DNA of 62,269 nt, counting the filler. It is 5 parts of 5 records of this genome, joined end to end, with 100 filler letters (N's around TTAATTAATTAA, not from the genome) between each part and the next. Parts side by side here need not be neighbours in the genome. Positions count along the whole stretch, not along the records: positions 1 to 21,606 come from SRR2962707_4352; 4 more parts are not named here. One strand, given 5' to 3'. Each line of letters opens with the position of its first letter. The stretch's first letter is position 1. Position numbers and translations under genes: made by a program. The notes beneath the pieces are model-generated. The model had not been told where the DNA came from, made no database searches, and was given only the letters and a program-made list of their open reading frames with translations. Shown here in pieces: positions 1 to 9,643 of the stretch.

Positions 1-1000
1 GCTGTTCATCACCCATGATCTGGGCATCGTGCGCAAATTCGCCGACCGGGTCTGCGTGATGACGCAGGGCAAAATCGTCGAAAGCGGCCCGACCGCCGAG
101 ATTTTCGCCAATCCGCAGCACGCCTACACAAAGCATCTGCTTGCTGCCGAGCCCAGCGGCGAGCCACCTGCGCGCAATGAAGCCGCTCCCGAAGTGATGC
201 GGGCCAAGGACATCAAGGTCTGGTTTCCGGTCAAGCAGGGCTTCCTCAGGCGTACGGTTGACCACGTCAAGGCCGTTGACGGGCTGTCGCTGTCGCTCAA
301 GTCAGGCCAGACGCTCGGTGTCGTCGGCGAATCAGGTTCGGGGAAGACGACGCTTGGGCTGGCGCTGATGCGGCTGATTCGCAGTGAAGGCGAGATCTAT
401 TTCAACAAGCTGCCGCTGCATGAGCGATCTTTCAAGCAAATGAAACCGCTGCGCAGTTCCATGCAGGTGGTGTTTCAGGACCCGTTCGGATCGCTGAGCC
501 CTCGCATGTCGATCGCCGATATCGTCGGCGAGGGACTGGCGATCCACGCCCGCGATGTGTCGGCGCGCGACCGCGACAAGCTCGTCGCCGATGCGCTGGA
601 GGAAGTGGGGCTCGACGCCTCGACGCGCTGGCGCTATCCGCACGAGTTTTCCGGCGGTCAGCGGCAACGGATCGCGATTGCACGGGCGATGGTTCTCAAG
701 CCGCGTTTCGTCATGCTGGACGAGCCAACCTCGGCGCTCGACATGAGCGTTCAGGCGCAAGTCGTGGACCTGCTGCGCGATCTGCAGAAGCGGCATGACC
801 TGGCTTATCTGTTCATCAGCCATGATTTGAAAGTGGTGCGGGCGCTGGCCAATGACGTGATCGTCATGCGGGCGGGAAAAGTGGTCGAGCAGGGCACCGC
901 CGACAAGATTTTTGATCATCCCGAAACCGAGTACACCAAAGCGCTGATGGCAGCGGCCTTCAATCTGGAAGCCGCAGACAGCGCCGTGGTTAGCGAATAG
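1..1000 (+). CDS. yejF: Peptide ABC transporter ATP-binding protein, duplicated ATPase domains (YejF-like), 5' truncated
   Basis: Walker A GESGSGKTT, signature FSGGQRQR, Walker B LDEPTSALD; end of first ATPase domain (LFITHD...HAYTKHLL) at the window start. Confidence 0.8.
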   Translation, partial: LFITHDLGIVRKFADRVCVMTQGKIVESGPTAEIFANPQHAYTKHLLAAEPSGEPPARNEAAPEVMRAKDIKVWFPVKQGFLRRTVDHVKAVDGLSLSLKSGQTLGVVGESGSGKTTLGLALMRLIRSEGEIYFNKLPLHERSFKQMKPLRSSMQVVFQDPFGSLSPRMSIADIVGEGLAIHARDVSARDRDKLVADALEEVGLDASTRWRYPHEFSGGQRQRIAIARAMVLKPRFVMLDEPTSALDMSVQAQVVDLLRDLQKRHDLAYLFISHDLKVVRALANDVIVMRAGKVVEQGTADKIFDHPETEYTKALMAAAFNLEAADSAVVSE

Positions 1001-1008
1001 GCGATTTC

Positions 1009-1974
1009 ATGACAGACGATAACGGCAAGGGGCGCGTGCTGCTTGCGCTTACCGGTTGGGAGCCCCAGGTCTGGATTGACGAGCTGCGCAAGGCGGCGCC
1101 GGACCGGCAGGTGGTGCTTGAGCCGAATGGCGAGGCGGATCCGGATATCGATTACGCCATTGTCTGGAAACAGCCAGCCGGCCTGCTGTCGAAGCTGCCA
1201 AACCTCAAGGCCATCTTTTCGCTCGGCGCGGGCGTCGATCATGTGTTTGCCGACACCAGTCTGCCGGACGTGCCGATCGTGCGCGTGGTGTCGGCCAGTC
1301 TGACCACCCGGATGAGCGAGTATGTCGTCTGGCAGGTGCTTGATCACCACCGCCTGGGACCGCGCTACCGGGCGCAGCAGGCTGAACGGATCTGGCTCGA
1401 GGATCGCGACCAGAAGGCTGCTGCCGACATCACCGTCGGGATCATGGGGCTGGGTGAGTTGGGGCGCGATGCGGCGACCAAGCTGCGCGTCATGGGCTTT
1501 AACGTATCGGGATGGTCGAGAACGCAAAAACAGATGGAGGGCGTCACCTGCCATGCGGGCGAGGAAGGGCTGGGTGCATTTCTGGCCTCGGCAGACATCT
1601 TCGTTGTCTTGTTGCCACTGACGCCCGAAACCCAGGAAATCCTCAACCGGGATCTGTTTTTACGGATGAGCAAGCGCGGTCCACTGGGGGCACCGGTGAT
1701 TATCAATGCCGGGCGCGGCGGGCTGCAAAACGAGACGGACATTCTCGCAGCCCTTGATGAGGGGCTGCTGTCGGCGGTGACGCTGGATGTGTTTCAACAG
1801 GAACCGCTCGATCCGAAGAGCGAATTCTGGACCCATCCCAAGGTGACGCTGACGCCGCATGCGGCGGCTGCATCGATGCCGACGTCACTGATTGAGCCGA
1901 TGGCCCGGCAGATGGATGCTTTTGAACGCGGCGAACCGCTGGTCAATCTGGTTGACCGCAAGGCCGGCTACTGA
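1009..1974 (+). CDS. ghrA: Glyoxylate/hydroxypyruvate reductase A (D-2-hydroxyacid dehydrogenase)
   Basis: SLGAGVDH, GIMGLGELG Rossmann motif, LLPLTPET, INAGRG, LDVFQQEPL, TPH. Confidence 0.9.
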   Translation: MTDDNGKGRVLLALTGWEPQVWIDELRKAAPDRQVVLEPNGEADPDIDYAIVWKQPAGLLSKLPNLKAIFSLGAGVDHVFADTSLPDVPIVRVVSASLTTRMSEYVVWQVLDHHRLGPRYRAQQAERIWLEDRDQKAAADITVGIMGLGELGRDAATKLRVMGFNVSGWSRTQKQMEGVTCHAGEEGLGAFLASADIFVVLLPLTPETQEILNRDLFLRMSKRGPLGAPVIINAGRGGLQNETDILAALDEGLLSAVTLDVFQQEPLDPKSEFWTHPKVTLTPHAAAASMPTSLIEPMARQMDAFERGEPLVNLVDRKAGY

Positions 1975-1981
1975 AGCCGGC

Positions 1982-2842
1982 TCAAGGCCTGCGGTAAACC
2001 GTGGGCAAATCATAGAGCTTTGCGATCCGGTCAATGGCTGGCTGAAGCGGTTCGCGGGTCACATACATGGTGCCGCCCGAAGCGTGAAGCAACGTATCCG
2101 GGTCTTCCAGAAAGCCGACATGGCCTTTCCAGAACACCAGATCACCGCGTTGCAAGCCATCGCTTTCAGGATCGATGACAGCGCCAAGGCCAGCCGCCTG
2201 CTGATCGGAATCGCGCGGTGCGGCTTTGCCGGTCATAGCCAGCGCCATCTGCACCAGGCCGGAGCAATCAATGCCCAGCCCGGTCCGGCCACCCCAGAGA
2301 TAGGGCGTATTGAGAAACAAGGCCGCCACTGCGACTGCGTCCTCAGCTGCGATCTCGCCAGCGGGCCGCAGATGCGTGGCGATGATGGCTGACCCATCTT
2401 CCAGAAGCGCGTAGGGCGTGCCCCTGGTTTCAGCAGCACCGACAATCCTTACCCGGCTTCTCATCGACAGAACCTTGAGATGCGGAAAGCGCAAATCTGG
2501 CCCCGGATAGACGAAACTGCGGGGCACCGCCACGACATGCGTGGCCGGTGTAGAGCCTTCCCTGATTGCCTCTTGGCGCACATAACCGACGTAATCGTCC
2601 GCTGCCAACTGCACCCAGGCCCATCCACCGGAGATGTCGAACACGGTCAGCGCTTCACCCAGAAGCGCCTGGGTATCGATGCTGCAATTTGCATCAGGCC
2701 TGGGGCGGATGTCGGCGACGGGCACGATCACCTCGCCGGGCGCGCCTTCGGTATAGCGCTCAGCGGTCACCTGACCCTTGAGGCGGATATCGGCCAGGTC
2801 AGCCCGGTAGGCATAGGACCGGTGATCCAGTGTGTCGCTCAT
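1982..2842 (-). CDS. NlpC/P60 (C40) cell-wall peptidase with N-terminal SH3-like region
   Basis: PYLWGG...GIDCSGLVQ catalytic Cys, GDLVFWKGHVG, LLHA. Confidence 0.9.
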   Translation of the reverse strand: MSDTLDHRSYAYRADLADIRLKGQVTAERYTEGAPGEVIVPVADIRPRPDANCSIDTQALLGEALTVFDISGGWAWVQLAADDYVGYVRQEAIREGSTPATHVVAVPRSFVYPGPDLRFPHLKVLSMRSRVRIVGAAETRGTPYALLEDGSAIIATHLRPAGEIAAEDAVAVAALFLNTPYLWGGRTGLGIDCSGLVQMALAMTGKAAPRDSDQQAAGLGAVIDPESDGLQRGDLVFWKGHVGFLEDPDTLLHASGGTMYVTREPLQPAIDRIAKLYDLPTVYRRP

Positions 2843-3207
2843 GTGTTTGATCCCTCAGTGGACGACAGCTTGCGGCCTTCCGCGATAATGATGTCGCCAA
2901 GCCTTTCGACAAACAGCGACCCTTCCACCGTTCGCTTGATGATGACGTTGCGTCTGTCGCGCTCATCACGCACCCGGCGGACCAGCCCCATATGGCCCAT
3001 GGTGTCGAGTGCCCGGGTGATCACCGGCTTGGTGACGCCGAGCATGGCGGCAAGCCCGCGCACCGTGTGGGGCGGTGGCGCAAGATAGATGTGCAGCAGG
3101 ATGGCCAGTTGCCTAATGGTCAAATCCGGCCCGATGACGCGGACATGCTCAAGCGTGGCGGCATGCCACAACCCGAGTGCGTCGGATGGCCGGAGATCAA
3201 GGGACAT
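2839..3207 (-). CDS. MarR-family transcriptional regulator
   Basis: TVRGLAAMLGVTKPVITRALD...LVRRVRDERDRR winged HTH; 4-bp overlap with the NlpC/P60 gene. Confidence 0.9.
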   Translation of the reverse strand: MSLDLRPSDALGLWHAATLEHVRVIGPDLTIRQLAILLHIYLAPPPHTVRGLAAMLGVTKPVITRALDTMGHMGLVRRVRDERDRRNVIIKRTVEGSLFVERLGDIIIAEGRKLSSTEGSNT

Positions 3208-3284
3208 GGCTGCGTGCCTGTATCGTTTCGGTACCGGGTTACATTGACCGAAACAAAAACTGCACGCAAGTCACCGGCTGATCG

Positions 3285-4679
3285 TCAAGCCGGGTGGCGT
3301 TTGCTGATCACATCGAACAGGGCGCGAATGCCCTGGGCTTCACCACCGACAGGGGCATGGGGTTTGTCCTTGGGTGACCAGGCAAAGATGTCGAAATGCG
3401 CCCAGCTGGTTTCAGGCGCAACGAAGCGCTTGAGAAACAACGCCGCGGTGATCGAGCCTGCAAAGCCGCCCGCCGGCGCATTGGTCAGATCGGCGATCTT
3501 GGCCTGGACGTCAGCTTCGTAGGGCTTGTAGAGCGGCATGCGCCAGAGCGGATCAACCACATCTGCCGATGCGGTTGCCAGAGCGCCGGCCAGCGCTTCA
3601 TCGTCGGTGTAGAAGGGCGGCAGATCCGGGCCGAGCGCCACCCGCGCGGCACCGGTCAATGTCGCCATGTCGATCAGCAGACCGGGTTCTTCCTCGCAGG
3701 CATAGGTCAGAGCGTCAGCCAGTACCAGACGGCCTTCTGCGTCGGTGTTGTCAATCTGAACGGTGAGGCCCTTGCGGCTGGTGAGCACATCACCGGGCCG
3801 GAAGGCGGACGCCGAGATCGAGTTTTCGACCGCCGGAACCAGCACGCGCAGATCCACCGACAGACCGGCATCCATGATCATCATCGCCAGCGCCATCACG
3901 TTGGCGGCGCCACCCATGTCCTTCTTCATGTTGAGCATCGACGAGGCAGGCTTGATATCGAGACCACCGGTATCGAAACAGACACCTTTGCCGACCAGTG
4001 TCAGTTTCATCGCACCCGGTTTACCCCAACGCATCTCCAACAGACGCGGCGGCTGATCGGCGGCGCGCCCGACCGCATGGATCATCGGAAAGCCCTTCGA
4101 GATCAGATCGTCACCAGCCACAACGCTGACTTCGGCCTTGTAGTGGCCGGCAAGGCCGCGGAAGGCCGCTTCGAGCGCGTCAGGCCCCATGTCATTGGCC
4201 GGTGTGTTGACCAGGTCGCGGGCAAGCCCGACAGCGGCCACGGCCCGCCTGATGGCATCGGCGTCCGCATCTGCCGGAATGACCAGTCTAGGGCTTTCTG
4301 CGACGGGTTTACGGTAAGTCTCGAAACGGTAGGCGCCCATGCCAAAAGCCATAGCCATCACCGCTCCCGGGATGGGTGAGGTCTCGATGTGCCAGTCGCC
4401 CTTGGGAAGGGCGCGGGCCAACTTGCCGGCGATGAACGGGTGGCATTCGCCATCTTCGCCCAGACCGAAAAGCGCACCGGCAAGCTTGCCGTGGCGATTA
4501 GGCGCGAGGAGCACAGCTCCCTCGGCAGCCTGAAAGCCCGCGGCCTTGGCCCAGGCAAGTGCCGTCTTGTCGAAATGGCCGCGTTCAATATCGGCGCGCG
4601 AGACCGCCCAGACCGGCAATGTCTCGCCGGACATTGGCGCGAACGGCGATGGTCGATCAATGTGATTGTAGGGCGGCAT
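3285..4679 (-). CDS. Leucyl aminopeptidase family (M17)
   Basis: LVGKGVCFDTGG, MKKDMGGAA, NTDAEGRL, ATLTGA; start moved to the ATG at 4679 after an AAGGAG RBS. Confidence 0.92.
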   Translation of the reverse strand: MPPYNHIDRPSPFAPMSGETLPVWAVSRADIERGHFDKTALAWAKAAGFQAAEGAVLLAPNRHGKLAGALFGLGEDGECHPFIAGKLARALPKGDWHIETSPIPGAVMAMAFGMGAYRFETYRKPVAESPRLVIPADADADAIRRAVAAVGLARDLVNTPANDMGPDALEAAFRGLAGHYKAEVSVVAGDDLISKGFPMIHAVGRAADQPPRLLEMRWGKPGAMKLTLVGKGVCFDTGGLDIKPASSMLNMKKDMGGAANVMALAMMIMDAGLSVDLRVLVPAVENSISASAFRPGDVLTSRKGLTVQIDNTDAEGRLVLADALTYACEEEPGLLIDMATLTGAARVALGPDLPPFYTDDEALAGALATASADVVDPLWRMPLYKPYEADVQAKIADLTNAPAGGFAGSITAALFLKRFVAPETSWAHFDIFAWSPKDKPHAPVGGEAQGIRALFDVISKRHPA

Positions 4680-4726
4680 GATTTCTCCTTGCGGTTCTCC
4701 GGCATCCGGCGGGCGGAGAATCAATC

Positions 4727-4749
4727 GTTAACTCTTGATTAGGGTTAAC
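4727..4749. promoter_or_regulatory. Putative CtrA-type box(es) upstream of tadD
   Basis: Minus strand reads CTAA-N7-TTAAC (4727-4742), one mismatch from TTAA-N7-TTAAC, plus a second GTTAAC at 4744-4749. Pilus genes are known CtrA targets in alphaproteobacteria. Confidence 0.45.
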
Positions 4750-4823
4750 AGATTATTGCTGGTGTGAGACTGTGGCGCCACCTGTCAGGGCCGCCGCGAC
4801 GATCAATTTTCGGGATCAGAGCA

Positions 4824-5639
4824 ATGTCAGCGACCCAAGTACGTTCCATTTTCCCACGCCGGCTGCTTGGTGCGGTCTGCATTGCAGCGCTCGGTCTCTC
4901 GCTCGCGGGATGCGCGTCAAAGGGACAGCTGACCACGGGCTCGATCCCCTCCATGAACAAGCCGCTTGAAGCGATGAATGCATCGGAGCTGCATTCGGCT
5001 GCCGAAACCATCGGCCGCGCCTATGACCGCAATCCGAGGGATGCGGCTGTGGGCATGAAGTATGCCTCGGTGCTGACCATGGGCGGCCGCTCGGAGCAGG
5101 CTCTGGCGGTGATGCAACAGGTGGCCATTCACAATCCGACAGACCGGACAGTTCTGGCAGCCTATGGCAAGGCGCTTGCAGGTGCGGGCCAGTTCGACAA
5201 GGCACTGGACGCCATTCAGCGGGCCCAGACTCCCGATCGCCCGGACTGGCAATTGCTGTCGGCAGAAGGCGCCATTCACGATCAGATGGGTGACCCCGCC
5301 ACGGCGCGGCAACGCTACCGCAAGGCACTCGACATACAGCCCAACGAACCCTCGATCCTGTCAAACCTGGGCATGTCCTATGTCTTGCAGGGCGACCTAC
5401 GGACGGCGGAAACCTATCTCGCCTCCGCAGTCAGGCAGCCAGGCGCTGACAGCCGGGTTCGCCAAAACCTTGCGCTTGTGGTCGGTCTGCAGGGCCGTTT
5501 TCAGGAAGCCGAGAAAATCGCCGGTGCGGAACTTTCTCCGCAACAGGCCAGTGCGAACGTGAGCTATCTGCGGGCCATGCTGTCCCAGCAAAACGCCTGG
5601 AACAAGCTCAAGGATTCGGACGCCAAGAACACCAACTGA
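4824..5639 (+). CDS. tadD: TPR lipoprotein, Tad pilus assembly TadD-like
   Basis: Lipobox LAGC, TPR repeats (NLGMSY, VRQNLALVVGLQG); adjacent to tad genes. Confidence 0.85.
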   Translation: MSATQVRSIFPRRLLGAVCIAALGLSLAGCASKGQLTTGSIPSMNKPLEAMNASELHSAAETIGRAYDRNPRDAAVGMKYASVLTMGGRSEQALAVMQQVAIHNPTDRTVLAAYGKALAGAGQFDKALDAIQRAQTPDRPDWQLLSAEGAIHDQMGDPATARQRYRKALDIQPNEPSILSNLGMSYVLQGDLRTAETYLASAVRQPGADSRVRQNLALVVGLQGRFQEAEKIAGAELSPQQASANVSYLRAMLSQQNAWNKLKDSDAKNTN

Positions 5640-6062
5640 TCCGGTGTTTGAGTGGCGCACCCGTGAGGGTGTGCCTGTCCCGTTTTGCCAAGTGAACGCC
5701 TGGCTCCGGCAGCCGCCCACTCCCTTTTCCGATACCGCCAATCCTGACAGGGATTGCAATTTGGTTGCAAGCAGACCTGCTTCTTCGAGCTGGTTGATGC
5801 GCCTTCCGGTGGATCGCTGGAAGTCCGCTGCAGTTGGTCCATATTCAATCGGGAGCCGCGTGAACTGCGCTCACAATTCCCACACTGCTTGCCTGAAACA
5901 GGCCACCGGAGCGGGATCCACATCAATCAGAATGCGGCGGTCTCTGTGCTAACAATCGTCCGAAGGATGGAAACGAAAAGCCCTCGTTCGGCGGTGAGCT
6001 CGCCCACACATGCCTCGACTCAAGCGTGGCTCCGGTTACATGCCGCTTGAGGTGTCCCCGGC

Positions 6063-7067
6063 TTAGCCGCCGGAGAAATTGTCCATCACCTGGATGGCGG
6101 CCGGTCCGAGAATCACGCCGATGAGCACCGGCAGGAAGAACAGGATCATCGGAACCGTGAGCTTTGGCGGCAGTGCGGCGGCCTTCTTCTCGGCCTCGGT
6201 CATCCGCTGGTCGCGGCTTTCCTGGGCGAGAACACGCAGAGCCTGGGCTATCGGGGTGCCGTAGCGCTCGGACTGGATCAGCGCCTGGGTGACGGATTTT
6301 ACCATCTCCAGACCGGTCCGGCTGCCGAGATTCTCGAAGGCCATCCGCCGGTCCTGAAGATAGGACAATTCAGCGGTTGTCAGCACGAACTCTTCAGCCA
6401 GGGCCGTCGACTGGACGGCGATTTCCTCAGCCACGCGCTTCAGCGCAGCTTCAATCGATACGCCGGATTCCACACAGATCAGCATCAGATCCAACGCATC
6501 AGGCCAGGCCAGCTTGATGGATCCCTGACGCTTGCCCGCCTGATTGGAGACGAACATGTTGGGCGTATAAAAGCCAATATAGGCCACGACGATACAGGCC
6601 AGAATCCGGACTGTCAGCGGTTTATCGATCAGATTGTCGAGCACAAAGACGTAGACAATCGCAGCAACAAGAAAGATGAACGGCAACACAAAGCGCGCCA
6701 ACAAGAACATGTTGAGCGAATTCTGGGTCCGGTAGCCAGCGGCACGCAACTTGGCAATGGTGGCGCCATCGGCAAGCGCATCCTTCAGATTGAGCTGCTC
6801 GACGATTCCGCGCACGGAAGCGTTGTCGCGAGACCTGAGACCGGTACTCTTGGAGCCGTTGCGCGACTGCTCGGCATTGAGGCGGGCGCGTTCCCTGGCG
6901 CGGATTTCATCGCGCTCGAGAGCCGCGGATTTCATCCGGGTATCGAGGTCGCCCTTTTCAAAATAGGGCGCCAGAATGGTGAAAAGTGTGGCGAAAACTG
7001 CAATCGCGATCAGGATGGGAACCAGATTGGCCGGATCGGTGAGGGACGTCGCGAGATCGGATATCAT
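6063..7067 (-). CDS. tadC: Tad pilus inner-membrane protein TadC
   Basis: WPDALDLMLICVESG, ERYGTPIAQALRVL, PKLTVPMILFFLP. Confidence 0.92.
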   Translation of the reverse strand: MISDLATSLTDPANLVPILIAIAVFATLFTILAPYFEKGDLDTRMKSAALERDEIRARERARLNAEQSRNGSKSTGLRSRDNASVRGIVEQLNLKDALADGATIAKLRAAGYRTQNSLNMFLLARFVLPFIFLVAAIVYVFVLDNLIDKPLTVRILACIVVAYIGFYTPNMFVSNQAGKRQGSIKLAWPDALDLMLICVESGVSIEAALKRVAEEIAVQSTALAEEFVLTTAELSYLQDRRMAFENLGSRTGLEMVKSVTQALIQSERYGTPIAQALRVLAQESRDQRMTEAEKKAAALPPKLTVPMILFFLPVLIGVILGPAAIQVMDNFSGG

Positions 7068-7079
7068 GATTTTCGTCCC

Positions 7080-8090
7080 CTAGATGTCAAAGTTGATCAT
7101 GTTGCGCATCACCAGAATGCCGATCGACATCCAGATGGCGGATGCGCCGAGAATGAGGTGGCCGCGCGTGTCGGTGAAGAGAATCATGATGTAGTCGGGC
7201 GATGTGAGATAGACCAGCGTGGCGACGATGAACGGCAAGGCGCCAATGATGGCCGCGGAAGCCTTGGCCTCCATCGACATCGCATTGATCTTGCCCTTCA
7301 TTTTCTTGCGGTCACGCAAGACACGGGAGAGGTTGCCCAAGGCTTCGGACAGATTGCCGCCAGCCTGGGCCTGGATGGTAATCACGATGGCGAAAAAGTT
7401 CGCTTCCGACAGCGGTATCCGGCTGTAGAGCCGACTGCAGGCCTCCGGAATGTTCATCCCCATCTGCTGGGCTTCGACAATGCGCTTGAACTCGGTGCGC
7501 ACAGGTTCCTGACCTTCGGCTGAAATCATCCGGATCGCATCGTTCAGCGGCAGGCCCGATTTGATCGACCGCACCATGACGTCAAGCGAATTGGGAAATT
7601 CGTTGAGGAACGCTTTCATCCGCCGATTGCGCAAGAAGCCGATAACCCAGCGCGGCAGTCCTGCCCCGAAAATCACCATCACACCCAACCCGACAAGTGG
7701 GCTGCCTTGAAAGACAAACGCCACAAATCCGGCGATGAACCCGACAATGGCCGAGATGACATAGAATTTCTGGACGGAAATGGTCAGACCAGCCTGGGCG
7801 ATCCGGTCTTTCAGCGCCGGTGATTTGCGACGGTCATTTTCCTTGTTCTTCTCTTCCAGCGTCTTGAGCGAATCCTGGACGGATTTGCGCCGCTTGTTGG
7901 CTTCATTGAGCCTGTCACGCGCTGCCGTTGCCTTGGATCGGTCGGTTTCAGCCGCCTTGACCCGCTTGACCCGGCTTTCCGCCTTGCGTTCGCCCTCGAT
8001 ACGCGAATAGAGGACGCCATAGCCCAGCGCCCCCGCCGAAAGCGCGGCCAGGCCGATGATGGCGACTACCACTGTATCCAGACCAAACAC
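7080..8090 (-). CDS. tadB: Tad pilus inner-membrane protein TadB
   Basis: FPNSLDVMVRSIKSGLPL, QAQAGGNLSEAL, MSMEAKASA. Confidence 0.92.
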   Translation of the reverse strand: MFGLDTVVVAIIGLAALSAGALGYGVLYSRIEGERKAESRVKRVKAAETDRSKATAARDRLNEANKRRKSVQDSLKTLEEKNKENDRRKSPALKDRIAQAGLTISVQKFYVISAIVGFIAGFVAFVFQGSPLVGLGVMVIFGAGLPRWVIGFLRNRRMKAFLNEFPNSLDVMVRSIKSGLPLNDAIRMISAEGQEPVRTEFKRIVEAQQMGMNIPEACSRLYSRIPLSEANFFAIVITIQAQAGGNLSEALGNLSRVLRDRKKMKGKINAMSMEAKASAAIIGALPFIVATLVYLTSPDYIMILFTDTRGHLILGASAIWMSIGILVMRNMINFDI

Positions 8091-8102
8091 GCGAGCGTCT
8101 CC

Positions 8103-9617
8103 TTAATCGGTCATTTTTTCCATGGCATCAAGCGAAGCGGCCAGGCGCTTGTCTTCGCCATAGTAACGGGCTCGATCCCAGAAATTCGGCCGGCCGATAC
8201 CGGTCGAACGATGCTCGCCGATGATCTTGCCGTTGGCGTCTTCGCCGACCATCTCGTACTTCATCAAATCCTGGGTGATGATCACGTCGCCTTCCATCCC
8301 GATGACTTCGGTGATGTGAGTGATGCGGCGGGAGCCGTCACGCAAGCGCGTCGCCTGAATGACAATGTCGACGGACCCGGAAATGATTTCGCGCACGGTT
8401 TTGGCAGGTAGCGTGAAGCCGCCCATGGCAATCATCGATTCCATGCGGCTGAGGCATTCGCGCGGACTGTTGGCGTGGATTGTTCCCATGGAACCATCGT
8501 GGCCGGTGTTCATCGCCTGCAGAAGGTCAAACACTTCCGGGCCACGAACCTCACCAACGATGATGCGTTCGGGACGCATGCGGAGACAGTTCTTAACCAG
8601 ATCGCGCATGGTGATCTCGCCCTCGCCCTCGATATTGGGCGGGCGGGTTTCGAGACGCACCACATGCGGCTGCTGCAGCTGAAGCTCGGCCGAGTCTTCG
8701 CAAGTGATGATCCGCTCGTCAGCATCGATATAGGCGGTCAGGCAGTTGAGCAGCGTGGTCTTACCGGAACCGGTACCACCGGAAATCACCACGTTACAGC
8801 GCACACGGCCGATGATCTGCAGGACGGCTGCGCCTTCCGGCGTGATCGCACCGAACTTGACCAGCTGGTCGAGCGTCAGCTTGTCCTTCTTGAATTTACG
8901 AATGGTCAGCGCGGTGCCGTCGATTGCCAGCGGCGGTGCGATGACGTTGACACGCGAACCGTCGGGAAGACGGGCGTCGCAGATCGGGCTCGATTCATCC
9001 ACCCGGCGGCCGACCTGGCTGACGATGCGTTGGCAGATCGACAGCAACTGGCTGTTGTCGCGGAACCGGACGTCGGTTTCCAGAACCTTGCCGGCGACTT
9101 CTATGTAGGTCATGCCGGAGCCATTGACCATGATGTCGGCGATGTCGTCACGCGCCAAAAGGGGTTCGAGCGGGCCATAGCCGAGCACATCGTTGCAGAT
9201 GTCATCGAGCAGTTCTTCCTGCTCGGCAATCGACAGGGCCAGGTTCTTGATCGTAATGATATCATTGACGATATCACGAATTTCCTCGCGAGCGCTTTCG
9301 CCGTCAAGCTTGGCAAGCTGCGACAGGTCAATGGTGTCGATGAGCGCCGAGAACACCTGGCTTTTGGTGTCGTAATAGGCCTCGTTGCGGGCAGACTTGC
9401 GCTTGACCGGCGGTTCTTCACGACGCGGAGCCGGCTGTTGTGCAGGCTGCGGGGCGGGAGCAGTCGCTGCCGGGGCTTGTGCTGCGGGAGCCGGAGCCTG
9501 CACCGAGACGCTGGCCTCGGACGCCGGAGCTGCCGGTGCTTCGGCACGAACCACAGGCTTGGGCGCCGGAGCTTGCGGCAGCTTGCCCGATCCATCATTG
9601 CTGCGTTTGCCGAACAT
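8103..9617 (-). CDS. cpaF: Pilus assembly ATPase CpaF/TadA
   Basis: GYGPLEPLL, CDARLPDGSRVN, GGTGSGKTT, LRMRPERIIVGEVRG, AMNTGHDG. Confidence 0.95.
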   Translation of the reverse strand: MFGKRSNDGSGKLPQAPAPKPVVRAEAPAAPASEASVSVQAPAPAAQAPAATAPAPQPAQQPAPRREEPPVKRKSARNEAYYDTKSQVFSALIDTIDLSQLAKLDGESAREEIRDIVNDIITIKNLALSIAEQEELLDDICNDVLGYGPLEPLLARDDIADIMVNGSGMTYIEVAGKVLETDVRFRDNSQLLSICQRIVSQVGRRVDESSPICDARLPDGSRVNVIAPPLAIDGTALTIRKFKKDKLTLDQLVKFGAITPEGAAVLQIIGRVRCNVVISGGTGSGKTTLLNCLTAYIDADERIITCEDSAELQLQQPHVVRLETRPPNIEGEGEITMRDLVKNCLRMRPERIIVGEVRGPEVFDLLQAMNTGHDGSMGTIHANSPRECLSRMESMIAMGGFTLPAKTVREIISGSVDIVIQATRLRDGSRRITHITEVIGMEGDVIITQDLMKYEMVGEDANGKIIGEHRSTGIGRPNFWDRARYYGEDKRLAASLDAMEKMTD

Positions 9618-9643
9618 GTTGCGTTCCACTCCAGACTTACAGA

